Shown here in pieces: positions 38,394 to 51,515 of a stretch of 64,000 nt of DNA. Location: NCBI GenBank assembly GCA_964016885.1, contig OZ024743.1:227292001-227356000 (forward strand), given 5' to 3'. Within the stretch, counting starts at the first letter, position 1. Each line of letters starts with the position of its first letter. The stretch comes from Eledone cirrhosa (lineage: Eukaryota). Position numbers and translations under genes: made by a program. The notes beneath the pieces were generated by a model. The model saw only the letters and a program-made list of their open reading frames with translations. It was not told the DNA's origin and did not search any database.

Positions 38394-40334
38394 ATGGCTG
38401 AGCCACGCCCCCCAGCGATATGTCGGCTGTCGTGCGACAACGACGTAGAAGTTGAGAGGAGCGCTACAGCGAAATTAACACAAATTGATAACACAACCAC
38501 GACCACAAACAAGGTAAACAAAGACACCAATGATACCAATAAGAACACTAATTTTTAATAAAATGACAGTAACAGCTACAACGAAAATACAGATAACAAA
38601 AAAAAAAATAACAAATACAACAACAATATCAACACCACTAACATGAAAACAAATAGCGACAACACCAACAGCAACAATACCAACTGCACCGAGAACAACG
38701 GTGGCAACAAAGACAACAATGATAACAGCGACAGTGCTAACAACAACACCAACAAGAACAACGACAACAAAACCCCCAACGAAAACAAGAACACTTTCGC
38801 TGCGGCAGCAGCAAAAAAGAGGCCATGCTTCAACATGGACCTCTCAAACAAAGATAAAAAGTTGGCCCAGGCATGGAAGCTCATCCAGCAAGAGCAAACT
38901 TGGGCCAACTTAACTGTCCCGGTTGAAGCTATTGAGGCAGTGGAGCGAAAACGGTGCATTATACATGCATCTCAGCACAAACCAAAAGATCAGCTTTAAT
39001 CCCACAAGATGTCGAAGTCGCGCTGAGGTGCATCAGAGAAGACACCCAGTACATAGAGAGGGGCAGACAGTACGGCACCATTTCGGTGTTGTTCAAGTCA
39101 GAAGCCCTCGCTATGAAACACGCTATAACTCCTTGCAAAACCAGCAAGGTCATAATGGAAAAAGAACGGCCCGTCTCCGCATTCCCAGAATCACACCAGG
39201 ACTTGACATGTGCTGGCTTCTGAGATGTGTGATTGTGGTGGGGACTGATACAGTCCCTATAGAAGTGACCAGAACGGCCAGAGAGGACTGGTCCGGGATT
39301 GACCTGGAGATCCTTCTCCAGATCAGGCCCGAGAATTTGAAGACAATCCCTGACCACATCCGCCTTCAGAATGGGACGGTCATTCACATTGTGACCGAAG
39401 ACAAAAGGCCGCAGTGTTTTGTTTGTGGGGAAAAAACCCATTTGCGAGCCTTCTGCCCTCAACTGCTGAAAGAGGCAAGGGGTCGAAAAGCTTCACTGCA
39501 GCCGACGCCGGGGCGAAGACCACAACCAACACCAGCACCGGCAAAACCACCAACAACATTGACCACCCAGGGGGGAAACGAGGAAAGCTGTCAACCCCCC
39601 CCCCCCCCCCCCCCCCCCTAAAAAAATACACACACCAATAAAACCATAAACATACATACAGACACACTTACAGACACAGAACCCTCATCTACCAGTAGTG
39701 AAAATGAGGGAAATCCCAAATCCCCCAAAATACAAAAAAGGAGACACAAAAAGAAAAAAAAACTCAACAAAGCACAAAAGCACCCACAATAAGAAACGCA
39801 GACACCACCCACGCAAACATCACTCCAATAACACCAACATCAACACGACCATCACCATCACCAGAATCCCCCAAACGCAAACAACCGAAACAGACGCAAG
39901 AACAAATATACACACAAACATCTGAAACCACAGACGCCGCACTCACAACAAACACAGATACAACCAAAACAACACCACCAAAACCATCACCACCACAGCC
40001 ACGCAAACAAATAAAATCACACCAACAATACATACAAAACTTCGTGCTCGTCAGGATGGCCAACAAGGAACTGATAGCCCTCGTAGCACGAAGTGAAAAT
40101 ATACAAAAAGAGCGTGAAATTTTTAAATCGAGCACATTTCGCGAGCCGGAAGATTTGGTTCTGGTGCGAATGTCGCTCGACATATTCAAAGAAATACGAG
40201 ACAGCTTTCCTCGGAACGTGAGAATCCCGAACGTAAAACCCACTTCAGGACTTTTAAAGGAGTTCCCAAAAGAAACCCCACTAACTATGGAGGTCGAACA
40301 ACCCGACCTTCACAAGAGCTCGGAAGGTAAGTAA
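38394..40334 (+). pseudogene. Tx1 copy B ORF1, frameshifted
   Basis: Asn/Thr-rich N-terminus, TFAAAAAK, YIERGRQYGTISVLF, KRPQCFVCGEKTHLRAFCPQ knuckle. Confidence 0.8.
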
Positions 40335-40365
40335 ACCTTCCTCTCTCTCTGTTTAACCTGCCAAC

Positions 40366-43300
40366 ATGGCCGTATTAAGAGTAGGATGTTTAAATGTTCG
40401 AGGCCTGGGATCGTCCTGGAAGCAGGGTCACCTGCTCAACGACCTCAGGTTTATAGAAATGGATGTAATTGCAGTCAGCGAGACCAGGATTTCCGACACG
40501 CGCGCACTAGCCCCCATTTTCGACGACTATCAGATCTTTGCATCTGTTAGCCGGCCGGGAATGGGAGGCGGGGTGGGAGTGCTGTTTAGGAAAGGCCTGG
40601 ATCTCGAGGTAAGGTCGATCTTCCGGTACCCGGACGGGAAGTTGGTGGTCCTGGACGTGAACAATAATGAAGGTGGTGCCTTTAGATTGGTGGCAGTCTA
40701 TGCTCCTACTGGGGCAGGACGGCCGGACTTCTTTAGACGCCTGGAAGCCTTTCTGGGTACGTCTCGCCCTTTACTGTTAGCGGGAGACTGGGACGGCATC
40801 TTAGACGCACGCTGGGACTGTGTCGGAGTATCCGATAGGAGCGGGGGGTGCAAAAGCCTCAAGAACCTGATCAGCCAGTTCCAAATGTCTGACAGGTACC
40901 GACTAGATTTCCCTAATGCGCCAGTGTGGACCTGGGCTAACCGCATAGGGTCATCTAGATCGTATATAGACAGGATATTCATTAGGAAAATAGACAGAAA
41001 TAGTTTAAGCTGTCCACGTTTTGAAACATTCGCCTATTCAGATCACAAGTATGTGATCTGTATGGTCGACATAGATAAGACACGCAGCTGATGTGCTAGC
41101 GGCGAGAATGGCATTAGACCATTTCTTCAATGCGAAACACGAAGGTTGCATTGTCAGAGCTAAGGCCCGTGCTCTGAGAAACGAGGGAACCAAAGCTGTT
41201 CGATGGGCCCGCGTGGCAGAGGCGCAGCGTGGTAATAAAACCACGATTCGGTCTTTGACGGACCGAGACGGGCACGAGCTGAGCGATTCCAAGAGGATAT
41301 GTGAGGCCTTTCGCCAACATTTTGCTCGGTTGTTCGGGGGAAGTGGCGGGTCAGAGATGGTGGCGGACTTCAGTCCCTACCTCGATGGCTTACTGCAACT
41401 CTCGACGGCTGACGCTGGGCGCTGCGAAAGGCCAATTACTTCAGCCGAGATTCAGGATGCCCTAGTCGGCTGCATGAGGCGCAAGTCACGAGCTTTACGT
41501 AAATATGCCAGACTTGTTATCCAATCTCCTCGAAGCCCTCTTCAGCAACTGGCAGCAAAACGGGAATATTCCCAGTTCTGTGAGCCGGGGCGTAGTGACG
41601 CTGATAAGGAAAGACGAGAACAAGAGGGACACATTAGACAATTTCAGGCCCATAACTCTGCTCAACACAGAGTTTAAGATTTTGGCCAGGATGTTAGCGA
41701 AGAGGTTGGCGCTTGTCGTCGGGAATTTGGTTGGGGAGGCGCAAACTTGCGCAATCCCAACCAGGTCCATACACGACAACCTCCACCTAATGCGATACAT
41801 CATGGAAAGGGTAGGGTGTAAACCTGGCTTCGGTGGGGCTCTGAACAATTTAGATCAATTGAAAGCATTCGATGGGGTCGACCATCGGTACCTGGAGGCT
41901 GTCCTCAAGGCGGCTGGCTTCGGCCCCGTCTTCAGAAGATGGATAGCTGCAATGCACAGCGGCACCTGCTCGATGGTCAAAATTAGTGGCCACCTCTCGG
42001 AACTGTTTCAGGTCTCCCGATAGGTCCGTCAAGGGTGCCCTCTCTCCTCCCTTCTGTACGTATTGACTCTCGAGCCTTTACTGCGGAAGCTGGAGCTGTT
42101 GCAGGGCATCCCGCTCGAACCGGGACGCGGAAAGGCTGTGTCGGCTTATGCGGACGACATCACCGTGATGGTGTCGGACACCTCAGAAATCGAGGTGGTC
42201 GGCAACTTATTGGAGGAATATGAAAGGTTGACGGGAGCAAAACTTAACCCAGAAAAGTCAGTGGGCTTGCAACTCGCCACCTGGAGAGGAAAGTCCATGC
42301 CGTCCAACAGCGTCGTTAGGCGCTGGACGGACGGACCGGTAAAGTTGCTAGGGGTTTGGTTCGGGCCAGACCTCCAGGTGGATAAGAATTGGGACGAGGT
42401 GACGGGCAGGGTAGTCAGTCTCACCCAGAAATGGGCTGGGTGAAGCTATCACTGAAAGGTCGGGTGGAGGTGGCGAACGCGTACATCGCGTCCGTCATCT
42501 ACTACCGTCTGACTTTCGTCCCTTGCCCCCGTTCGCGCCTCGCCATCTTGGAGTAGCTCCTCTTCAAATTCTTCTGGAGAGGTCAGATTCCGCTGGTGAG
42601 GCAGTCCATCTGCTGCCAGCACCCTCTACGTGGGGGGCTGGACATGCCGTGGCTAATGATGCGCAGGCACGCGCTGAGGCTGCGGCATCTCCAGATATTC
42701 TGCCTAAACGGTGAACAGGTGTGGTCGCCGTTTGTCAGACGGGCCTTTCCGCAGCTCGTTTCTTTGACTGAGTTGCAGTCCTGGGTCAAGAAGAGACCGA
42801 GACTGGGTGACTGGCATCTGGAATGTTGTCAGGCACTCACTGCCCTCTACCAGGCGGGCAATGCGGTCAGTGGAACTTCCACTCTCGTGTTCTATAGAGG
42901 ATTAGTGATGGGCAAGTGCGACGACGCACTCGGAGAGGCTCTGGGAGTCAACGAAGTCGAACTAACCAGTCTGTACCGGAGGACTTTCCAGCCGGGGACG
43001 ATGGATAATTTCCAAAAATCCCTCGCTTGGCAGTGCTACGGGGGAGGGGCACTGCCGGTTCGAGATAAACTCTACAAGCACGGAAGTGCTGTCAGACGGA
43101 CCTGCCCGAGATGCGCGCAGAGCGACAAAACCGTTCTGCACGCACTCGTCCGGTGTCCGTGCATTACTGACTTGTGGAGTTATTTTGAACAGCTGTTGTC
43201 GCGTGTAGAACGGATCCGGCTATCGGCCGAGTCCATAGTGAATATTGATCCTCCGCCTTCTTTTGGCCAGGAAGGGCAGGCAATTTTCCTCTGTCTGGTG

Positions 43301-43519
43301 GCAGTAGCGAAAGAGGTTGTATGGTGAACGAGGTTGAAAGGACTGAAGACAGACACTTTTCTCTTCGGCCAATCCCTCATCAACTTTTTCAAGTTTCACT
43401 TGGAAAGGAAGGTGAGGGTGGAGAGAGAAGTGTTGCCCCCCAGTACATTTGCTGGAAGGTGGGTGAATGTGGCGAGAATGGCCCGTGTGAGTGGGCCTAC
43501 TCTGGTCATGCGGCCGTAG
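40366..43519 (+). pseudogene. Tx1 copy B ORF2 (EN-RT), disrupted
   Basis: CLNVRGL, AVSET, VAVYAP, AGDWD, SYIDRI, YSDH; FRPITLLNTEFK; SAYADDIT; CPRCAQSDKTVLHALVRC; deletions near 41088 and 41490. Confidence 0.93.
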
Positions 43520-43783
43520 GTAGGTAAATTTGAAGAGGAGAGGGATGTCCTTCCAGGGTGCTCTCGAAGCGTCGGGTCGTTCATGATTGGTGGGGTACCT
43601 GAGCGAACTCTAGGTGGTCATCCCCCCTATTGGGGAATTTTTTCTTGTTGTAATTTTATTATTACTTTATTGTTACTTTGTTATTATTATTCATATTGTT
43701 TACTCGATTTTTCTGTAAAACCCCACTGTCCCAGTCTTTTGTATTGTCCCCTATATGTCGGCCCTTGTGGCCAATAAATGAAA

Positions 43784-43833
<50 letters not shown>

Positions 43834-44330
43834 GTTATTCGTTTGTTTTATGCATAAATCTCTATCAGTTATCTGACTTTACATTATTTTAGATTACCCA
43901 GCACCAACACCACCACCACCAGCAGCCTGGCAATTAAAATACAGAGGTCTAACTTGTGGTTCATATTATTTATAATCTCCTGCAAAAAGTGTCCAGCTGG
44001 TGTTTAACTGCTGCAGTAGATGTGTTAATTAGTTTTGTTTCTATGACTCTCTGTAATAGAAATCTCCATATTTCTACTAATGTGTGGCCATTTATTCAGA
44101 AAAAAGCTGACAGTTTTAGATATTAAAACTTCACAACTGATTTCGTCAACTTTCAAAATAAAATGATATGCTAACAGCTTCTTAAAGTAACGTAGAGGCA
44201 TTGAAAAAGGTGATGTTGTGCTATCAAACAGGTTTTACGAATATGCTTATCATATCGACACATAGATTAAATCAAAACGTTTTGATTGATACTTGCAGTT
44301 TTTAAAATGTTTATTTAAATACCATGTTTT

Positions 44331-44401
<71 letters not shown>

Positions 44402-44429
44402 ATATATATATATTTATATATGTGTGTGA

Positions 44430-45000
44430 TCTATGGGATCTATGATTAGCAACGATAACCTCGCTAGACGTTTGTGACGGGGATTATCCTACCTTTGTCT
44501 CTATATGAAACTACAATCGCGAATGTGTTTACCATTTGTAAGACGGTAGTGTGCGATATGAAAGGCATTCGGTTGATAATTCTAGCAGGATGAATGAGTA
44601 CCTAAATGCTCCGTCATTGGTGTGATATCCTGTGATGGGCCATTTTAAAGCAAGAATATTGCTATACATTAATAATTTGAATCGTTTCAACATAGCTATT
44701 GATGTGGTGATAATGCAGAACATTTCCTATATTGTTGACATCAGTCTTTCTGGTGAGCGAGTATTAAGCCAATCTCATATGAATGAAAACATCTGAACAA
44801 ATCGTGCCAAGGTTAACAGCAACAGTGAATATTATACAGAATATAGAAAATTGGAGACACAAATTTAATCCATCTCCATTTTATCATGTCACTCTGTCAT
44901 CTACGTGTTTTTACTGTTGCAAGCATTCGAACTTGATCTTCAATCTGAGGATAACTGTGTTCCGCCCGTCTACCGTTTGCAAGGGCCATTAAATAAAGAA
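44430..45000 (+). mobile_element. Possible very old LINE RT remnant
   Basis: Only weak motifs (FNIAIDVVI, SYIVDISL resembling the RT YADD region). Confidence 0.2.
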
Positions 45001-45811
45001 GCAATGATAGTTTCTGTTATATGCATAGATTTTATAATGTGAGATAAATTATAGTTTTCTTTGAAACAAACATAATCATTTGACTGCAATCCTCTAGATG
45101 ATTCGTTCCCGTTCCTACAGCCGTCTCATTAGAAATGATGACAACACAAACATCGACAAAACCACAAGCCACTAAATTAAATATCAAAACTAAACAAAAC
45201 CAAGAAATGATTCGTAGCAAGTATAAAATAAAGAAATTTACATCTCACACCTATGCAGGTTTACTTGGCCCACTATGAGATTACTTCTTATAGGAGATTT
45301 CTTATAGGGCAAAATTGAGAAGTTCATCATTGGTACTGAAAGGCCAACTCCTGCGTCAGCAGGGAAAATGAGCTTAATATATTTGTGTTGCTTAAAAATG
45401 TATCTTAAAAAAGCTCTCTACATAAAAGCCTTTTGTTTGAAATGTTAGTTAAATTCCTTCAAACATACGAACTTATTCAAATTTAGCAATTTAACATTCA
45501 GTCTTGTGCTTATCTATATCTGCTGATTTGCGATCCTTATATATCATACAGAAAAAAATCAAAAAATCTTATAATTTAATTTTTCAAAAATCTTTATGTA
45601 ATAATGTTGTAATAGGAAATCAAGATATTCTGTAAAACATATTTACAGTCATTTCGATATTGAATCAAAACTTAGAAATTTAGTTAGAATTTAGATTATT
45701 TCTTTTTATTAATTTCTTCAATATATTATTATGATCGTCCTAGTTATTATGTCACCATTTTTCTTTTTGTCGTTGTTGTCGTTATTATTATTATTATTAT
45801 TGTTATTGTTG

Positions 45812-45872
<61 letters not shown>

Positions 45873-46650
45873 GTTACCATCTACATTATTGATATTCCTA
45901 TTATTTATCATTAATGTTGTTGGTCTTATCATCATCACCACCATCATTATTTTGTTGCTCTTGTTGCTATTAATAATATTTCATATTTTTCTAAAATATT
46001 TCTCCGTTTTTCTGAGGTTTCTTTTTCTTTTTCTTTCTTCATAGGTTTTATTTGGTGTGATTCATGCCAGCGACGAAATGCTAGAGAATTCGCAAAGAGT
46101 CAACATTTTATATATACATTTCCAAGGCTTCTTTATTTAGTATCATGTTAATTTGTTGAAGCCATTTTGTATGTAGGTTTCTGTGTATGATATATATGCG
46201 TATGTTGTGTCGAGGAGTTATATATATATATACATATATTTGTGTGTGTGTATATATATATATATGTGTGTGTGTGTCTGTGTGTGTGTGTGTTTGTGTG
46301 TGTCTGTGTGTGCGTGTGTGACGAATGTTAAAGTAACAAAGAACAGAAAACGATCGAGATGAATAGCAGTTCTTTCGTATTTACTTTTAATGTTAATTCT
46401 GTGAGTCTAAATTTCTATTGCAAAGAACTACTCATTGATGGACAGAAAAAGTGTATAATTCAAGAATTCCTGGCAACTGTCATTCTGTGTTCAATGACTT
46501 AGTGTGAAGATCTAGCTTGTTAGTAAACATTACCAAGTGTAAATTAAATACACTCATATAATATATATATTGACAGATGTGTGTATATGTATATGTGTGT
46601 ATATATGTTTTGTAAAGTATCATGTATGTATAAACACATGTATTCATGCA

Positions 46651-46930
<280 letters not shown>

Positions 46931-48100
46931 CTACCTGGAGTTGCGACCGATAGATAGTACTAGCAACTGGAAAGACCGACGAAAACATTGTTTCCTCGGT
47001 CCGATTTGACGAAAGTCGATCGTCTTTAAATAAAAAAAAATATATATATATTATATAAGTACTTATATTCAACTTTTATATGTGAGGGTTTTTCTATTAG
47101 TGTATATGCATGTGTGCAAGTATGTACACACAGCTAATGAAGATGAGATATCTCGCTGTGTAAACGAACTATTCACTACTGTTAAGATATAGATTTACAA
47201 ATGAGCGTCTGTACTATTCGTGTGGAACTGATACTATATAGGATATAGTTAGTGATGCCGGGTAAATTCCTGGTTACACATGCATGGGAATATATTGAAG
47301 TATAGCAAATACTCATACCTTATGTAGAAATATATCGAGAATGCACTCGTGATCCAAATAACGTTAGTGGTTTTGTATTCTGTTTCTTATTTACACATAA
47401 GACTAGCAATTTGAGGTTACGAAAATGTCAATTAATTTCATAACAGTACATTACTGGTATTTTATGGTCATTCATGCCGGAATGATAAAATGTGGAATTG
47501 AGTTCGATGGGATTTGAACTCAGAACGTAAAGCATTTTTCTGACGATAGTATAAATAAGATAGTATAAAGAAAATAATTTATTATTACACTTATTGTGGA
47601 TCTTACCGTAGGAGAAACAGTGAGTGAATTTCCTATCAATTCATGGAAAGATGAAACTAAATTCCGTTTCTTAGTTTGATGTTGAACAGCTTCTGCCAAG
47701 TTTAATCCCTAATTTCACGTATAATATTATTATATGGCTCCAGCTCAGGCCTGATCCATAATAATCTGCTATTGTTAGATTTATTTAGGATCAAATTTTC
47801 CATTGAGACTTTTAGTTTTTGTAAGACAGCATGGTTTGATTTATGATAAATATGGTTGCTCGTCTCATGTTAGACACATAATCATAAGATTGTGTGTTCA
47901 AATTTTTGACTGTGTGGGGAGTGGTGTTTTGGTCCAAGTTGCTTTTCATGATATTTCTGGACTCCTTAACATTAAACCACCCGAAAAAACTTCTATGAAT
48001 TACACACCTAAATAAGATCAACTAATATTACATAACCGCTGGCGAAAAAATTGGTTTCAAATTAAATTTCTGAGTTTTTTATTATTTTTTTCTTTGCTAG

Positions 48101-48139
48101 GTGTGAGACCTAAAAGTCCACCAACGTATCTAGGGAAAG
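48101..48139 (+). CDS. Candidate 39-nt phase-1 microexon of an unidentified host gene (VRPKSPPTYLGK)
   Basis: Long T tract + TTTGCTAG acceptor, AAG|GTAATG donor, length divisible by 3, only one frame open; no transcript evidence. Confidence 0.35.
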
Positions 48140-48804
48140 GTAATGAACTGAAATGCGAATTTGTAACGTTCATACTTTTCTCATTACCATCAACGCAACA
48201 TAAGTGATAGAAAATGACGACAAACATACATTGAAATAGAATAGCGTATATGGCTTGCTGGCAAGCTTAGCTCTCGCTCCACTGCGCTCGTTGCCATTAA
48301 ATTCATCGGAATATTAGCACAAAAATCAATATGGTTTGTAATTTGTGATCATTAGCTTTATTCCGAGTATTTAAACAAAACCAGAGAGAATTAATGTGAA
48401 GATCTAAAATAAAACACAATATGATTTACAGGTTTTTCAAAGAACTTAAATTATATCTTACTAATAACGTACTTGCAGGAATTCCTTGGTAAAAGAACAC
48501 ACAACAGAGAATTACTATGTTCTGGCACCATCTGAAAGAAAAATAAAGATTTATAGCCATTTCATTTAACAAATATGGCCAGATAGTTTGTTTTGTTTGT
48601 TTTTGTTGTTGTTGTTTATGCTGTTTAATGTTTGTTTAGTTGTTCTATTTTCTATTTATTTTAAATAAGTTTTCTCTAAATATCTTCTTCCGCAGCAGTG
48701 ACGTTTTTGTTATTTTGTGAACTGTAATTATTTCGTTAATTTTTTAAAATCTCCTTATGTACATACACACATACACATATATATATATATAGATATATAG
48801 ATAT

Positions 48805-48891
<87 letters not shown>

Positions 48892-48915
48892 CGTGTGTGT
48901 GTGTGTGTGTATGTA

Positions 48916-49035
<120 letters not shown>

Positions 49036-49346
49036 TGTGTGTGTATGCGTGCGTGCGTGTTTTCGATAATTAAACCATATTCTGAAGCCAGAAAAATGTT
49101 GTAAGGAAATATGGATTAAAAGAGATAATTTGATTAGAATTTAAAGAAAGAATAACACTAGACTGCCACTGTGTGTGAGGGAGAGATAGTGAGGCTATAA
49201 ATGGAGTGTGGGAGTGAGCATGGGAGGGACAGATATAGAGACCAGCAAATAAGGAAAATGATATATATCGACGTAAACAGAGAGAAACAGATAGAGGAGG
49301 AAGAGACAGACATACATGAGATTACGGATAGAGAGCGTGAGTGAGT

Positions 49347-49394
<48 letters not shown>

Positions 49395-49602
49395 AGAGAG
49401 AGAGAGACAGAGCGATAGAGAGGTAGATAGAGATAGAGAGAGAGAAAGAGGGAGAGACAGAGAGACAGCCGCAGAGAGGCAGAGACAGAGAGAGATCGAT
49501 AGAGGTAGGCAGATAGATAGATAGAGAGAGAGAGAGAGTGAGAGAGAGAGAGAGTGAGAGAGAGACAGAGAGAGAGACAGAGGGATAGGCAGATAGATAT
49601 AT

Positions 49603-49678
<76 letters not shown>

Positions 49679-50569
49679 TGCAAATGAGAATGTATAGGTT
49701 TAAAGAGGTAGTTGTAATAAGTATTTAATTTAAAGAATATCATATGGAGGAACGAGTGGAGATTTATGTTTGTGTTGCCTGCCAGCAATAAAATATGTAG
49801 ATTAATTTCAAATTTCGTCTTTAGTAAATCAAATTGATTTATTAGCTAAACTATTATTATTATTAAGCCGGGGATTACCTATGAACACATTCCTATATAT
49901 GGAATGTAAACATTGATAAATAGACTATAAGTTCTCATGTTATTACACGATTGCTAACGAAACCACATGGCTTAGTGATTAGAGTGCTGGGTCACTCTGG
50001 TAGGTTCGTGAGTTCGTTTTTTGGACAAGGTAGCCTGTTGTCTCCTTGAACATGACATTTTTTTCACGTTGTTCTAGTCCATTCACTTAAAAAAAAAATG
50101 AGTTGCCACGACACTGGTGCTCAGCTTTGGATAACGTATGTGGTGTAGAGCGGAGAGTCTGCTATGCATAGGTAACCGATGGTCTTCGACAAAACAACTT
50201 CCCCAGGCATTTGCCTCGGAGAGGTCAACTCATAGTCGGTCAGTCATGGACGTATAATCTGAATGGGCAATGGGGATTTTTGTAATTCACAGGAGGGCGA
50301 GTGTATGTCATTGAATCAATCTAAGTATATAACTGTTAATAAATGCATCGATCTTGGAATAAATGACAAACTCTTGAAATTAAACTGATAACGGAACGAA
50401 CTAAATATTGGAAGGCTTTAGCTTGATACGATATCATTTCTTCTAATCTACCACGCTAATAAAGGATAATATTGTATCATATACTTAATTGAACAGGGTT
50501 TGAACGAAGGTGAACTTGACTTCTACATTATTTGTACGACCAAGCTCGAGTTGCTATCTTTTTGTATTA

Positions 50570-51010
50570 ACGACAGAGCATCTACACGATTGCTTGTCTT
50601 GCTATATTATGCAGCCAAGTCATCCTCAAATCTCCCATTTTAAACAAGGAGACATTGGATAATATAGTCCGAGCTACTCAACGCCTGACAAATGATCCAA
50701 TTATCATGACTTAAGTTTCTTTGATCATAGATTGGTTAGATCATTGGTGTCCAGAAGGTAAAGGAGGTGGACATCAACAACAATAATTTATTTACAAAAT
50801 AAATCAGTGCAGGAGCCTCTTCCTAATCGATAGTTCTGCTGTAAACAGCAGCCAATTTCGTTCAAATCACACCCTACCTCATAAACAAAAAAAGAAAAGA
50901 TACATTGATTAATAGGATCATGTGTACAATATGATTAAAATAAACGGATTGAAGGTCTGTTTTTGACGATAGGTCTATTCATACTGGGCTTACCTGCTGC
51001 TAAACAAGAA
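50570..51010 (+). mobile_element. Two diverged copies of an old interspersed repeat (SINE-like)
   Basis: Recurring GCAGCCAAAT..CTCAAATCAC..GACACATTGGATAAT..TTTGATCATAGG..CTAAACAA; further copies ~51530-51730 (-), 53425-53800 (-), 54240-54400 (-), 55945-56375, 58555-58760, 61230-61410. Confidence 0.6.
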
Positions 51011-51297
51011 AAACTTATTTACCGACTGATAGACTGGGTCAATGAGAGAATGACTGTCTTTTTCACAGAAAAGCTCGAAACATGGGATGTCAAAACTTTA
51101 ATTTCTGGAGTATTGTACAATGTAAAGATGGGATTATTTATCAGAACACATAAAAAGCATAAAAGCTACCTCCGATTGACTGATGCCTCAATATTCAGGA
51201 GGTAACTCATTCACTTCAAATAGGAAGTCGATGTTAACCCTCTGCACACAGGTGGAACGCCAATATTTAAAACCTCTTGATTGAAACTTGTTTTAGT

Positions 51298-51367
<70 letters not shown>

Positions 51368-51482
51368 TGTTGTTGTTGTTGTTGTCGTCGTCGTTGTTGC
51401 TGTTGTTGTTGTTGTTGTTGTCGTCGGTGTTGTTGTTGTTGTTGTTGTTGTTGTTCTTCTTCTTCTTCTTCTTCTTCTTCTT

Positions 51483-51515
<33 letters not shown>

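Larger units (their letters stand above)
38192..43785 (+). mobile_element. Tx1-clade non-LTR retrotransposon, near full length, inactivated (copy B, diverged subfamily)
   Basis: Starts right after the (ATT)n tail of copy A; same ORF1/ORF2 layout; CCCTTGTGGCCAATAAA then (ATT)n 43786-43839. Confidence 0.92.

Noticed and set aside
46972-47026. CCGACGA..GAAA..UC after a SINE
   Set aside because: GAAA sits as a tetraloop of its own hairpin; there is no hammerhead topology.
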